A stretch of DNA of 64,000 nt from Squalus acanthias (lineage: Eukaryota), in the NCBI GenBank assembly GCA_030390025.1, contig CM059425.1, positions 178,128,001 through 178,192,000 of the forward strand. Direction: 5' to 3'. Both the position numbers and the translations under genes were made by a program. A model generated the notes under the pieces. That model saw only the letters and a program-made list of their open reading frames with translations, was not told the origin of the DNA and ran no database searches. This document shows positions 24,862-38,043 of the stretch, in pieces (position 1 is the stretch's first letter; each line of letters starts with the position of its first letter).

Positions 24862-27800
24862 ACATAAGAACATAAGAATTAGGAGCAGGAGTAGGCCATA
24901 CGGCCCCTCGAGCCTGCTCCACCATTCAATAAGATCATGGCTGATCTTCGACCTCAATTCCACTTTCCTGCTCGATCCACATATCCCTTGATTCCCCTAG
25001 AGTCCAAAAATCTATCTATATCAGCCTTGAATATACTCAACGATTCAGCATCCACAGCCTTTTGGGGTAGAGAATTCCAAAGATTCACAATCCACTGAGT
25101 GAAGAAATTCCTGATCATCTGACTTAAATGGCCGACCCCTTATCCTGAGACTATACCCCCTAGTTATAGACTCTCCAGCCAAGGGAAACAACCTGTCAGC
25201 ATCTACCCTGTCAATCCCCCATAGAATCTTATATGTTTCAATGAGATCACCACTCATTCTTTTAAACACCAGAGAGTATAGGCCTAATCTACTCAATCTC
25301 ACATCATAGGACAACCCTCTCATCTCAGTAATCAATCTAGTGAACCTTCGTTGCATCGTCTGTAAGGTAAGTATATCCTTCATCAGCTAAGGAGACCAAA
25401 ACTGTGCACAATACTCCAGGTGTGGTTTCACCAACACCCTGTACAATTGTAGCAAGACTTCCTCACTCTTATACTCCAACCCCCTTGCAATAAAGGCCAA
25501 CATGCCATTTGCCTTCCTAATTGTTTGCTGTACCTGCAAGCTAACTCTGTGTTTCCTGTACGAGGACACCTAAATCTCTCTGAACACCAATATTTAATAG
25601 TTTCTCACCATTTAAGAAATATTCTGATTTTCTATTCTTCCTACCAAAGTGAATAACCTCACATTTCCCCACATTATACTCCATCTGCCACCTTATTGCC
25701 CACTCACTTAATCTGTCTATATCCCTTTGTGTCTATATCCCTTTGTGTCCTCCTCACAGCTTACTTTCCCACCAAGCTTTGTATCATCAGCAAACTTACA
25801 TTACACTCGATCCCTTCATCTAAGTCATTAATATAGATTGTAAATAGCTGAGGCCCAAGCACTGATCCTTGCGGCGCCCGACTAGTTACAGCTTTCCAAC
25901 CTAAAAATGACCTGTTTATCCCTACTCTGTTTACTGTCCGTTAATCAATCCTCTATCCATGCTAATATATTACCCTCAACCCCATGAGCCCTTATCTTGT
26001 GTAACAGCCTTCTATGTGGCACCTTATTGAATGCCTTTTGAAAATCCAAATATACTACATCCACTGGTTCCCCTTTATCTACCCTGAAAAATACATCCTC
26101 AAAAAACTCTAATAAATTTGTTAAACACGATTTCCCTTTCATAAAACCATGTTGACTCTGCCTAATCATATTGTAATTTTCTAAGTGTCCCATTACCACT
26201 TCCTTAATAATGGATTCCAGCATTTTGCCAATGACTGATGTCAGGCTAGCTGTCCTGTAGTTCCCTGTTTTCTCTCTCCCTCTTCTCTTGAATAGCGAGG
26301 TTACATTTCCTACCTTCCAATCTGCTGGGACCTTTCTAGAATCTAGGGAATTTTGGAAGATCACAACCAATGCATCCATTATTTCTGCAGCTACCTCTTT
26401 TAGAATCCTAGGATGTAGGCTATCAGGTCCAGGTGATTTTTTGGCTTTAAGTCCCATTAGTTTCTCAAGTACTTTCTCTCTACTGATCTTAATTTCTTTA
26501 AGTTCCTCACTCTCATTAGTCCCCTGGTTTCCCACTATTTTTGGTGTGTTTTTGTGTCTTCTACTGTGAAGACAAATACAAAATATTTGCTTAATGTCTC
26601 TGGCATTTCCTTATTCCCCAATATATTTTCTCCTGTCTCAGCCTCTAAGGGACCAATGCTTACTCTTGCTGCTATCTTCCTTTTAACATACTTGTAGAAG
26701 CTCTTACAATCTGTTTTGATATTTCTTGCTAGTTTACTCTTATATTCTATTTTCTCCCTTTTTATTAAGTTTTTGGTCATCCTTTGCTTGTTTCTAAAGC
26801 TCTACCAATCCTTAGGCTTACTATTATTCTTCGCAACATTATCAGCCTCTTCTTTTAATCTAATACTATCGTTAAATTCTTTAGTTAGCCATGGATGGAT
26901 CACTTTTCCCGTGGAGTTTTTATTTCTCAATGGATTGTATATTCGTTGAGAATTTTGGAATATTTCTTTAACTGTTTGCCACTGCTTATCTAACGTCATG
27001 CCTTTTAATCTAATTTCCCAAGCTACCTTAGCCAACTCGTCCCTCATACCTATGTAATTGGCTTTATTTAAGTTTAAGGGGTAAAAATTCACTTGGTTGC
27101 GCCTCCCGTTAGCGCCTTAAGAGGGCGCTAATGGGGCGCAAAGCCGCTAACGCCCGGGCGCAGCGATGTTTGCGCCGCTCGAGAACTTAACTTGAGATTG
27201 TGCGGCGGCGCTAAAACTTACCGCTGCGACCACCTGCGCGCGCAGATTGTGACGTCATTCCATGGTGCAACGCCCTTGTGGCGCCCAGTAGCGGAAATTG
27301 AGTGGCGCCCCCTGCCTTACCGCCTGGCGCTTCCAACGACCAGAAGACTGGAACGCTATCAATCGCTGTGGGGCTGGGGGGGGCGCTATGTAAAGGGGGC
27401 CTCTTCCTGTCTTTTATTGTTGGTGGCATTTTTGAACTACGCATTCTGAGAGAGAGAGGGAGAGACTTCTGGAGAGATTCAACGTTGTGTGAAGGAGTTT
27501 TGGGTACTGAGCAGCACTTTGCAGGTTCATTTTGATTTGCCATTCCTTGTATCGATTTAGCAGAGACTGTGGGAGCTGCACTCTGAGCTCTTTGCCTGGT
27601 ACGCTCCATTGTTCTTTCCAGCACATTTGATGTGCAAGTCTCTCCAGGCCGAGATTCAAGGCAGCAATGAACAGGATGTGGATGGAAAGCAAGATTAACC
27701 ATCCCCTTTAAGAACTGGCCCGTGCCATTGTGTGTGTGTTCCATTGCTGACTGACATTACATGAGCTTCGCCAGCGCTCCGAGTTAGCGCCTCACTGCTC

Positions 27801-30010
27801 GGCCTTTGTGCCTTAAGAGAGGTGTGCAGCGCCTGCTTTAGCGCTCCACTCACCTCCTGGGGCGGTAAAAGTGAAGTTTCCTGTCAGTACCGATAATTAG
27901 CGCCAGGCGCTAATATTTGCGTCCGGACGATATTTGCGCCCCAAATGGGGCGCGACCTAATTTCTACCCCTAAGACTCTAGTTTTGGACTGAGAATTTCA
28001 CATTGGGTTTGAGGGTGAAATACTTATCATATTATGATCACTCTTCCCCAGAGGAACCTTTACTATAAGATACTAATTAACCCTGTCTAATTACACAAAA
28101 CCAGATCTAAAATAGCCTGTTCCCTGGTTGGTTCCATGACATATTGTTCTAGGAAACTATCTTGAATGCATTCCATGAACTCGTCCTCCAGAATACCTTT
28201 GCCAATTTGATTTGTCCAATCTATGTGAATATTAAAGTCCCCCACGATAATTGCATTACCTTTGTTAGAAGCTCCTATTATTTCTTGATTAATACTCCCT
28301 CCAATGGTATAGCTACTGTTAAGAGGCCTATAAACTACTCCTATCAGTGTTTTCTGCCCCTTGCTATTTCTTATCTCCTCCCATACTGATTCTACTTCCT
28401 GATCTTCCGAGCCAAGATCCTTTCTCACTACTGTCCTTATGTCATCCTTTATTATTAGGGCTACCCCCCTCCTTTTCCATTCTGCCTGTCTTTTCGAAAT
28501 GTCAAATACCCTGGAATATTTAGTTCCCAACCTTGGTCACCTTGCAACCACGTCTCTGATCAAACCCATTTATCTCTGTTCGTGCCACTAATTCATCTAT
28601 CTTGTTACGAATGCTTTGTCCATTCAGATAATGAGCCTTTAATTTAAAATTTTTACCATTATTTCCTGCTTTAACCTTATTCGCTGGCACACTATTACCG
28701 TTAAACTTTGTCCCTTCCTATCACACTCTGCTTATCTTTACCCAAATCATTGCACTGCTCCATTGCCTTGACTGTTCTCTTTAGATTTCTAAATTTCCTC
28801 TCACCTGACCCCTCCCCCTGCCCTTTTCAGTTTAAAGCCCTATCTACAACCTTAGTTATTCGATTCACCAGGACACTGGTCCCATCCCAGTTTAAGTGGA
28901 GCCCGCCCCAATGGAACAACTCCCTTTTTCCCCAGTAATGGTGCATGTGCCCCATGCATCGAAACCCCTTCCTCCCACACCACGCTTTGAGCCACACATT
29001 TAACTCTCTGATCTGCTTGTCCCTGTGCCAATTTGTGCATAGCTCAGGTAACAATCCAGAGATTATTACATTTGAGGTTCTGCTTTTTAATTTGGACCCT
29101 AGCTCCTCAAACTCTCTCAGCAGAACCTCATTCCTAGTTCTTCCTATGTCATAGGTTCCTATGTGGACCACGACAGCTGGATCCTCCTCCTCCCACTCCA
29201 AATTCTTCTCCAGCCGCGAGGAGATATCCTTAACCCTGGCACCGGGCGGGCAGCACAGCCTTCGGAACTCCTGATTGTGGCTGCAAAGAATAGTATCGAG
29301 CCCCTGACTATACTGTCTCCTTTCACTGCAACATTCCTTCTCACTCCTCCCACTTGAATGGCGTCCTGTACCATGGTGCCATGGACAATTTGTTCATCCA
29401 CCCTGCAGACTTTGCCCTCATTCACACAGGCAGCAAGAACCTTGCACCTGTTGGATAAGGGCAAAGGCCAAGGCTCCTCCATCTGGGGTCCTCTTACCTG
29501 CCTGAGTCGCAATCACACCCTCCTGTCCCTGACCACTAACCAGACCTATACCACTACCTATCCTAAGGGGTGTGACTGCCTCCTGGATCAAAGTGTCCAG
29601 GTAACTCTCCACCTCCCTGATGCCCCACAATGTCCGCACCTCCGACTTCAGCTCAACAACTCTGAGCTGAAGTTCCTAGAGATGCAAACCCTTACTGTAG
29701 ACATGGTGGTCCAGGATCGCGCTGCTGTTGCGGCACACCATCTGCACTGCCATCCCTAGATAACCTTTTTTATTTCTTAAAGTTTAAGTAATTAATCAAA
29801 TTAGCTTATATTTTTTTTAGTTTTTGCTAATTATTTGGTCTAGTTTAAGGTAAATTGATATTTACCTGTAACTCACCCTGCCTCCTCCGCATTTACTGTG
29901 ACGTCGCTTTCTCACATTCCCTCGGTGTTTGTCTTATGCACTCTGCCGATTCTGCCGCTACCGCCGCTGTTTAAATCTCCTCAGGCCTTTCCCGTGGTGC
30001 TTTGTGCTCT
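24862..30010 (-). mobile_element. Nearly full-length degenerate CR1 including ORF1 and 5' UTR
   Basis: Minus-strand ORFs: ORF1 (29639-28827, esterase VVHIGT..D, GLHL), EN 28530-28087, RT 26535-25045; tail at 24862. Confidence 0.92.
27078..27970 (-). mobile_element. PIF/Harbinger MITE family A, copy 3 (TSD TAA)
   Basis: TAA at 27075-27077 and 27971-27973; interrupts the CR1. Confidence 0.9.
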
Positions 30011-30397
30011 GCCACCCTGTTCCACGTCCTTTCATGAAGTATTTCTGTGTTATATCCTACTCATTTGAAATTCAAGCCAGGCCTATGTATTGAAACATTA
30101 AAATTGACCTTGCCTCACTACTTCTGAAAGGATTTACTTTGTTTTTGCCTAGAGGCTTGAATTTAAGCAAATATACAAAAGCTGTATAGAAACATACACA
30201 TTTTCTGTTAGAGGATTTGAGTTCAGCCAACCTCCCAGAGGAGAATCATTCACTATTAATCACACCAAGTATGAATACAGTGTTGGAAGAAAGCCCAAAT
30301 TGTAAAAAATCATTGTCTAGACACTTTTTGTATTGTTTTGAATTCATTCATTGTTGTTATCTACTTTTCTTTAATTCTGAGTACTCATCTTCCATAG

Positions 30398-30453
30398 GTT
30401 ATTTCAGCTCGTAACAGAGCACAGATTATCAACGATGCATTTAATCTAGCACG
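30398..30453 (+). CDS. LVRN: M1 aminopeptidase exon C, 56 nt
   Basis: ccatag|GTT...CG|gtgagt; VISARNRAQIINDAFNLAR, typical M1 RAQIIxDAFNLA motif. Confidence 0.92.
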
Positions 30454-31317
30454 GTGAGTACTGCATCAGAACAGAAGTATAGGAACGTTCTTTTATCTGT
30501 TAGCTCCTCTGTAATTGTGATCAGAGCCTCAATACTGTGTATTTAGAGGCTCTGTTCTAATTACAAATGAAGTATAATCAACTCAATTTCAGAAAAATAT
30601 CCATCCTATCTAATAACAGAAATTGGGATTCGCATGTAGAAGGCTTAGCATAATTTTAAAAACTACTAATATTAAGTGGCTAAAGCGCATGCTTTCTGAT
30701 CCTTGACAAATATTTGAGATTATCTTTTTTATTTTACTTTTAACATCATCAGAATGTTAGGAATTGTCCCTATTGACCATGAGTGGAGGGATAGTTAACC
30801 AATATTGCTAAATAAACAGTTTTGCCCTTTTTAAATTATTTTTAAATAAGTCTGAATATTCAGCCTTCATTTTAATAAATTTGGAATCTCCATGACATAA
30901 TTAATCACTCTTCATTTAGTAATGTAATAAACAGACTGGATCTTTCCATCAATGGAATCCTGAGCACTTTGGCCCCAATTTTAAGTCAGGGCGAGATCGG
31001 TCCATGTGAGGGTCTTGATGAGCAACAAGCTTGCATGTTGAGGCCCAAAGAACTCCCAGGCCTCATTTTAATATCCAGGCCCTGACTCCTGCCCAATTCC
31101 GGCAGAATTCAGTACCTGGCAGACAGGCGGGTGCAGAGATTTGGGTGGCAGGAGGCCACCACTGTGGACCACAGGAATGGTCCCCGGCAGTCAAGTAAGT
31201 GGCGAGGAGGAGGGCTCAGCAAAACCCCTAAAATTAAAATTCATTTTTTTCAACCAAAAATATTGCTGAAATCATTGCAGGTTTAGTTAACATTCTGTTG
31301 TGTATACTACCTAACAG

Positions 31318-31465
31318 GACTGGACATGCTGACATCGAAATTGCTCTGAGTACAACTTTGTATCTTGCTCAGGAACAGGAAAACACTGTATGGCTCGTAG
31401 CCCTGAATCACTTGGACTCTCTTGGATTACTAATGAAGAAAACCTATACATATGGGCTTTATAAG
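31318..31465 (+). CDS. LVRN: M1 aminopeptidase exon D, 148 nt
   Basis: taacag|G...AAG|gtacaa; TGHADIEIALSTTLYLAQEQENTVWLVALNHLDSLGLLMKKTYTYGLYK; phase 2 in, phase 0 out. Confidence 0.9.
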
Positions 31466-31760
31466 GTACAAATACATTCCTATATCCTATGTTTACAATC
31501 CAAAATTTAACATTGTAATGAGACAGTGTGACGCATGGCACACTCAATAACTTAATTCTTTCATTTTATTGGGGTGATTTTAACTTTAGATTTCAATGGA
31601 AATGAAAATGGGGAGAGGAGTTTAAAGGACAGCCGAGCCCATATCATGCGTTTTACACTGCCACCAAAATTTAAAATGACCCCCATTGTGTCTAAATTCA
31701 GTGTCAAATTGGACAATGATAGGACTAAGGAATATTTGTAGTTGCCTTGATTAAACTATT

Positions 31761-33470
31761 TGGGAAGAATCTTGACAGGGGCGGGCTGCGTAGGCGAGAG
31801 GACGGAGTTCCTGTCGGGAAACGCGGAAGTTCGGATTTCCCCGCATGCTGTGGAGTTTTGACTCCACAGCGTGCGTAGTTTTGCTTCGACACATTCCCCG
31901 GCCGGAAGACAGCCTGATTGGCGGGCTTAGCTTCCAGTCGGGCGGGGAGCACTCCGGAGCAGGCCGCAGCTGCAGGTAAGTCACCTGCTGACGCTGGTGG
32001 GAGCGATGGGGGGGGGGGGGTGCGGGGGCTGCAGAGATTTGGGCAGCAGGCGGCCACTGCTGTGGACCACGGGAATGGTCCCCGGCAGTCAAGTAAGTGG
32101 TGAGGAGGCGGGCTCAGCAAAACCCCTAATATTAAAATTCATATTTTTCAACCAGAAATATTGCTGAAATCATTGTAGGTTTACAGTTAACATTATTCTG
32201 TTGTGTATGCTCTCTAACAGGAGTGGACATGCGGGGATGGAGGGATGTATGGAGGGTGTCTAATCGGGGGGTGGGGTGAGCTTGGAGGGCCGGGAAGAAG
32301 CACTTACTTTTTCCCAGAAGCTATCCTCACCTCTCTTCAGCTGCTGGGTTTCTGCAGGCCTGGGAAACCTGGCTGGCCAGAGTTAAACCTGCAAACAGGT
32401 TAAATCAGCCTAATTAAAATATTTAATTGGCCTACCCACTTCCTGGGAGTGGATTGGCTGCCCGCCCCTTGTCCTGCCTCCATTAAACCCAGAAGTGGGC
32501 GGTTTGGAGGCGGGTTGGGGTCGGGCTTGAGATTTTTAAAGTTTTCACATCTCATCCAACCCCAACCCACCCGTTTTTGGGGGTTATGGTTCAGCCCTTT
32601 GTAGCTGTTGGGGTCATTTAGGATTTAGGCTCTAGAACCCTTTTATACAAGGCAACTCTGATGGACAAAAGAGAATGGCATAGAAACGGGTCTTCGCAGT
32701 GCCCATTTTTTGGGCTCTACTTGGACTACTAAGGCCCCAATATGGTGAGTAGGAAGTGTGTGCACATTTCCGGCCAGAAGTGCGCCACCGCCATATTAGG
32801 TAAAGACAAACAAGAGGCGTCCTTTACCCATGCCTGCTAGTAAATAAAGGGCCTAACACCTGTTTGAGGTCCCATCTCCAAGATTGGTTTGCCCTGAGGC
32901 AGCCAGCACTATTGCAGGCTGCGCTCAGAGAAACCATCCGTAGAAATCACCTGCAACAAAGAAGATAAGCAACTCACCTAAGCATAAGCACTTGTTCTCC
33001 TTCTGACCCTATATTTAACTCCCCTCATGATCACCACCACTCCTGCCCCCAATCCTCCCCCTGTCCTCCTCTCCCAACCCCTGATCGCACCCCCCACCCC
33101 CACCCTCTGCCGATGCTCGCCTCAGACCCGACCCACAGTCCAACACACAGCCCCAATCACCGTCCCGATCCCGGGCCCCGATCCAGGCTCCGACCCCTGA
33201 CCCAGGCCCCAATCTCTGACCTAGGCCCTGATCCCCCATCCAGGCCCCGACCCCTGACAACACTTACCTGTGGGCTGCTGCATTCCTAGCAGCGACTCGG
33301 ACTTCTAGTCCTCTTCTCCAGCGGGTTTTTGACACTTCGCTGGCAATATTGAACTGAGGTCCGAGGCCCAAAGTCTGGAGAGCCTCAGGCCTCACCATTC
33401 AAACGCAGGTGGATGCAAAGTACACCCCTCGCTTACACAAAAATGGGTGCAGTCCAATTTCTAGGCCAAT
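31761..33470. mobile_element. Older GC-rich Harbinger-like MITE remnants (about 31761-32597 and 32650-33467)
   Basis: Degenerate GGG..AAT / ATTT..GGCC ends, CpG-rich, with internal ccgatcc/ggcccc tandem units. Similar remnants lie near 4912-5290, 6460-6780, 30970-31230 and 52860-53560. Confidence 0.45.
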
Positions 33471-33630
33471 GAGTCTTTATTCAACCCGATCTACATGAAA
33501 CTGATGTTTTGTCAACCGGATTGCATGAGCTTTACTGTGTTATAAGGGTCAGATTCTACTGTGTAATTTATAAATAATTTGTTCTAATACCCTTATTTTA
33601 CAGTTTAATTTTATTTATTTTTGTTTCTAG

Positions 33631-33725
33631 AAATACATTTTCAGCCGAATTGTTCCATTTTATTATTATCAGATGAAATTAATCAATGAAGATTTCAATA
33701 ATATTTATGGTGATGCAGTTGTCCT
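33631..33725 (+). CDS. LVRN: M1 aminopeptidase exon E, 95 nt
   Basis: tttctag|AAA...CT|gtaagt; KYIFSRIVPFYYYQMKLINEDFNNIYGDAVV; open frame, phases fit exons D and F. Confidence 0.85.
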
Positions 33726-34109
33726 GTAAGTATTACAATTTTCTGCCCATTGGTTATGAATTAACTAATTTAGCATTTACTTATTTTGTACCACACAACC
33801 CATTGGAACCACAGTGGTCTCAATGGTTTATTTGCCCCCCAATCTACTACTTGTACTATTTCCCAATTTCATAAAAATGGAACCAAATGGAGCTCTCCTG
33901 ATGCCTTAGCATGTAAATGCACCTTCCAGCGTGGTACTTAGCTGTGTACACCAGAAAGATCCTCCACTTAGTTCCTGATCTGTGCTGAGTTATCGGATCT
34001 CAACCAGGGTACCAGTGGACTGAGCACCACTTGGATAAGGAAGTGAAAGATAAGCCAGGACTCTGGCTTCTACTTGCTATCCAATAATAGCCAGTGGAAA
34101 GCAGGCATG

Positions 34110-34520
34110 TGTGGGGAATGTGGTAAACTGTCTATGACATTAGCCTTTCGTCTCTTGGACCTAGGTTAGAATCCAGGGCAGATTTATGTTACCCTTATCT
34201 GTCAAGGCCCTCCACAAAATGTGTTTGAACAGTCTTAAACCAGGCATATGGCTACGTTACAAAATGATCCCAAATTCGCCACTAAATTGGTAGTCTCACT
34301 CAGAGAAGCCGCAGGAAGGTGATCTTAGCGATAGGAAAATGTGATGCAGTAGGAGGGGCTCTTCTGTGGTTGGGGCTGAGACAATTTTTGGGGGTTTAAT
34401 AGAAAGGGATTTATTTTTCATCCACTTGTGTTACATCTGACATTGGAGTGGTTGTTGCTAATACCATTTCCCAGCACTAACATCCCTCACCTTCATGAGC
34501 AAAACAATTCACAGAAAAAT
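34110..34520 (+). mobile_element. LF-SINE-like tRNA-derived SINE
   Basis: agcctttcgtctcttggacctaggttagaatccag (B-box region), ttggtagtctcactcagagaagcc and 3' caccttcatgagcaaaacaattcac resemble the recalled LF-SINE consensus in order. Confidence 0.55.
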
Positions 34521-34577
34521 CATCTTTTCTTAGAAACGCAAAGTGTGAATGTCTTGTCTTGCTCAGTCTTTTCTTTT

Positions 34578-36265
34578 TAGTACAATGTGAGGTTATTCAC
34601 TTTGGTAGGAAGAATAGAAAAACAGAATATTTTTTAAATGGTGAGAAACTTTTAGATGTTGTTATTCAGAGAGATTTAGCTGTCCTCGTACAGGAAACAC
34701 AGAGAGTTAGCATGCAGGTACAGCAAGCAATTAGGAAGGCAATTGGCATGTTGGCCTTTATTGCAAGGGGATTGGAGTATAAGAGTAAGGAAGTCGTGCT
34801 ACAATTGTACAGGCCTTTGTACCTGGAGTACTGTGCACAGTTTTGGTCTACTTTTTTTTATTCATTCCTGGGATGTGGGCATCACTGGCAATTTATTGCC
34901 CATCCCTAATTGCCCTTGAGAAGGTGGTGGTGAGCCACCTTCTTGAAACGCTGCAGTCCGTGTGGTGAAGGCACTCGCATAGTGCTGTTAGGGAGGGAGT
35001 TCAAGGATTTTGACCCAGTGACGATGAAGGAACAGTGATATATTTCCAAGTCAGGATGGTGCGTGACTTGGAGGGGAACTTGGTGTTCCCATGTGCCTGC
35101 TGCCCTTGTCTTTCTAAGTGGTAGAGGTCGCAGGTTTGGGAGGTGCTGTCAAAGAAGCCTTGGCGAGTTACTGCAGTGCATCTTGTAGATGATACACACT
35201 GCAGCCATAGTGCGCCAGTGGTGGAGGGAGTGAATTTTTAAGGTGGTCGATGGGGTGCCAATCAAGCGAGCTGCTTTGTCCTGGATGGTGTCGAGCTTCT
35301 TGAGTGTTGTTGGAGCTGCACTCATCCAGGCAAGTGGAGAGTATTCCCTCACACTCCTGACTTGTGCCTTGTAGATGGTGGAAAGGCTTTGGGGAGTCAG
35401 GAGGTGAGACACTCGCTGCAGAATACCCAGCCTCTGACCTGCTCTTGTAGCCACAGTATTTATGTAGCAGGTCCAGTTAAGTTTCTGGTCAATGCTGACT
35501 CCCAGGATGTTGATGGTGAGGGATTTGGCGATGGTAATGCCGTTGAATTTCAAGGGGAGGAGGTTAGACTCTCTCTTGTTGGAGATGGTCATTGCCTGGC
35601 ACTTGTATGGCACGAACGTTACTTGCCACTTATCAGCCCAAGCCTGAATGTCATCCATGTCTTGCTGCATGCGGGAATAGACTGCTTCATTATCTGAGGA
35701 GTTGCAAATGGAACTGAACACTGTGCAATCATCCTTATCTGAGGAAGGATATAATTGCTTTAGAGGCGGTGCAATGATGATTCACTAGATTGATTCCTGG
35801 GATGTGAGGGTTGGCCTATGATGAGAGATTGAGTAGATTGGGCCTATACTCTCTGGAGTTTAGAAGAATGAGAGGTGATCTCATTAAAATATTTAAGATT
35901 CTGAGGGGGATTGACAGGGCCGATGCTGAGAGGTTGTTTCCCCTGGCTGGAGAGTCTATAACTAGGGGGCATAGTCTCAGGATAAGGGGTCGGCCATTTA
36001 AGACTGAGATGAGAAGGAATTTCTTCACTCAGAGGGTTTTGAATCTTTGGAATTCTCTACCCCAAAGGGTTGTGGATGCTGAGTCATTGAGTAAATTCAA
36101 GGCTGAGATAGATAGATTTTTGGACTCTTGGGGAATCAAGGGATATGAGGATCGGGGGGAGAAAGTGGAGTTGAGGCCGAAGATCAGCCATGATCTTATT
36201 GAATTGCGGAGCAGGCTCGAGGGATTGCATGGCCTACTCCTCCCAATTCCTATGTTCTTATGTTC
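34578..36265 (+). mobile_element. CR1 3' fragment split by a family B LINE
   Basis: QFWS|PYLRKD junction at about 34849/35733; ORFs 34559-34909 and 35811-36275. Confidence 0.88.
34850..35731 (-). mobile_element. LINE family B 3' fragment
   Basis: ORF 35149-35721(-), RT C-terminus TIYKAQVRSV.EYSPLAW; poly-T at 34852. Confidence 0.88.
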
Positions 36266-36857
36266 ATACTTTTAAATTGGAAGACTAGCCTCACCTAATC
36301 ACTATTTTCTGATTTACCCCTGTTACTATTTGGGCTTCTTCCAATACTCTATTCGTGCTCACATCAACTAAGTACTTTGTATAGGCAGACTTCCATCTCT
36401 TATGAACTGAAATGTATAACCAGAAGCATTGAGTGACTGAATTAGTGTGCTGCAGGATTAACAAGTACCTTTTTAGTAAGATATTTCACACCAGAATAGC
36501 GCATGGAATACTCAATACCTCCTGACCTCTTCAACAGGCAGAAAGGAACCATGCTGTTAAATCATATAGTTCAGGCTAAACAACCAGTAGGATTTTGTAC
36601 ACAAAAAAAAGTTATGCAGAAGCAAAAATAAATGCAGCAGATGAGTGTTGCACTTAAATACAACTTACTACCTGACATAATAAAAGCAAAGTTCTCCAGA
36701 ACTTTAGATTACATTTCAGAATCTTTAAACTTAGTCCTTTGGTAATGTCTTCGAGGTGCACACCTCTGCACCCATGGTGTTCTGCCTCACCACTCTTACA
36801 GGTTGAACTGTGAACTAAAAATCCTACGGCTGGTGCCCCAACATATCGCTCACTTCT

Positions 36858-37597
36858 ACAAAAGCAAAATACTCCAGATACTGGAAATCTGAAATAAAAA
36901 CAGAAAATGCTGGAAATACTCAGCAGATCAGGCAGCATTTGTGGAGAAAGAAACAGAGTTAACGTTTCAGGTTGATGACCTTTCGTCAGAACTGGGAAAA
37001 ATTAGAGATAGAACAGGTTTTAAGCAAGTGCAGAGGCAGGGAAAGGGGGGATGGGAGCAAAGAACTAAGGGAAGGTCTGTGAGAGGGTGGAAGGCAGGAG
37101 AGATTAAAAGACAAAAGGGATGATGGTGCAAGGCAAAAGGAGATGGTAATGGGACAAGTAAAGAAACAAAAGATGGGTCTAGATGAGGTGTAAATGGGAA
37201 TGAGAGAATCATCAACAGCTGCCTTCTGAAAAAATGGGGGCAGAGGTTATGGTTTGAAATTGTTGAACTCAATATTGAGTCCAGAAGGCTGTAAAGTGCC
37301 TAACCGAAAGATGAGCTGCTGTTCCTCGAGCTTATGTTGAGCTTCATTGGAACATTGTGGGAGGCCAAGGACGGAGTGGTCAGAGTGAGAGTGGAGGGGA
37401 AAATTAAAGTGACAGGCGACCGGAAGCTTGGAGTCACGCTTGCGGACTGAACGGATGTGTTCTGCAATGCGGTTACCCAATCTGGGTTTGGTATCCCCAA
37501 TGTAGAGGAGACCGCATCGTGAGCAGCGAATACAGTATACTAAATTGCAAGAAGTACAAGTAAATCGCTGTTTCAACTGGAAGGAGTATTTGGGGCC
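36858..37597 (-). mobile_element. Penelope-like element 3' fragment (GIY-YIG endonuclease plus terminal region)
   Basis: ORF 37247-37576(-): NLVYCIRCSRCGLLYIGDT..RL..R..EH...GLN; TSD CTCACTTCT at 36849-36857 and 37598-37606. Confidence 0.9.
36957..36993 (-). ncRNA. Minimal type-I hammerhead ribozyme motif (Penelope type)
   Basis: Minus strand reads agtt-CTGACGA-A-AGGT-catca-ACCT-GAAA-CG-TT-aact: core, 4-bp helices I and II, palindromic ACGU helix III. Confidence 0.75.
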
Positions 37598-38043
37598 CTC
37601 ACTTCTTTTGAGGTGGAGGCTAAACTTTTTGAAGAAGCTCCCAGTTCTTTCTCAACATATCAGTAATTATTATTTTAATTATTTCTATCACCTGAGTAGA
37701 TGGGATGTGGGTAATAATCCCATCACTGTCTGGAGAGGTGTTTACTATTTCAGGTCCAAAAAAAACCCATTTAGAATCTCTATGCAACATGATGTTCCCT
37801 TAATGGAGTTGGCAATTACAGTGATAAACTTGGAAGTATTTTATTTTTACAAACCTGTTGTAGTAGCCAGAAGATTTTCACTTGACTAGGATTTGTTTAT
37901 GACCATTAAAATAAATAAAGTTGGGTCACCTTCCCTTGAAACTACTGCTAATAGAAACTCAGTTTAAATTTCCAATACTTGGACTAGCTAAAAATACAAG
38001 TGAAGGGATATAATACAAAAAATGTTCAAATTTAACACACAAT

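Noticed and set aside
25713..25748. Short tandem duplication (tgtctatatccctttg) in a CR1, and a similar one at 56168-56199
   Set aside because: Ordinary slippage or insertion-junction duplications.
33100..33260. Short repeated units resembling a CRISPR-like array
   Set aside because: Degenerate GC-rich tandem repeats without unique spacers, in a eukaryotic context.
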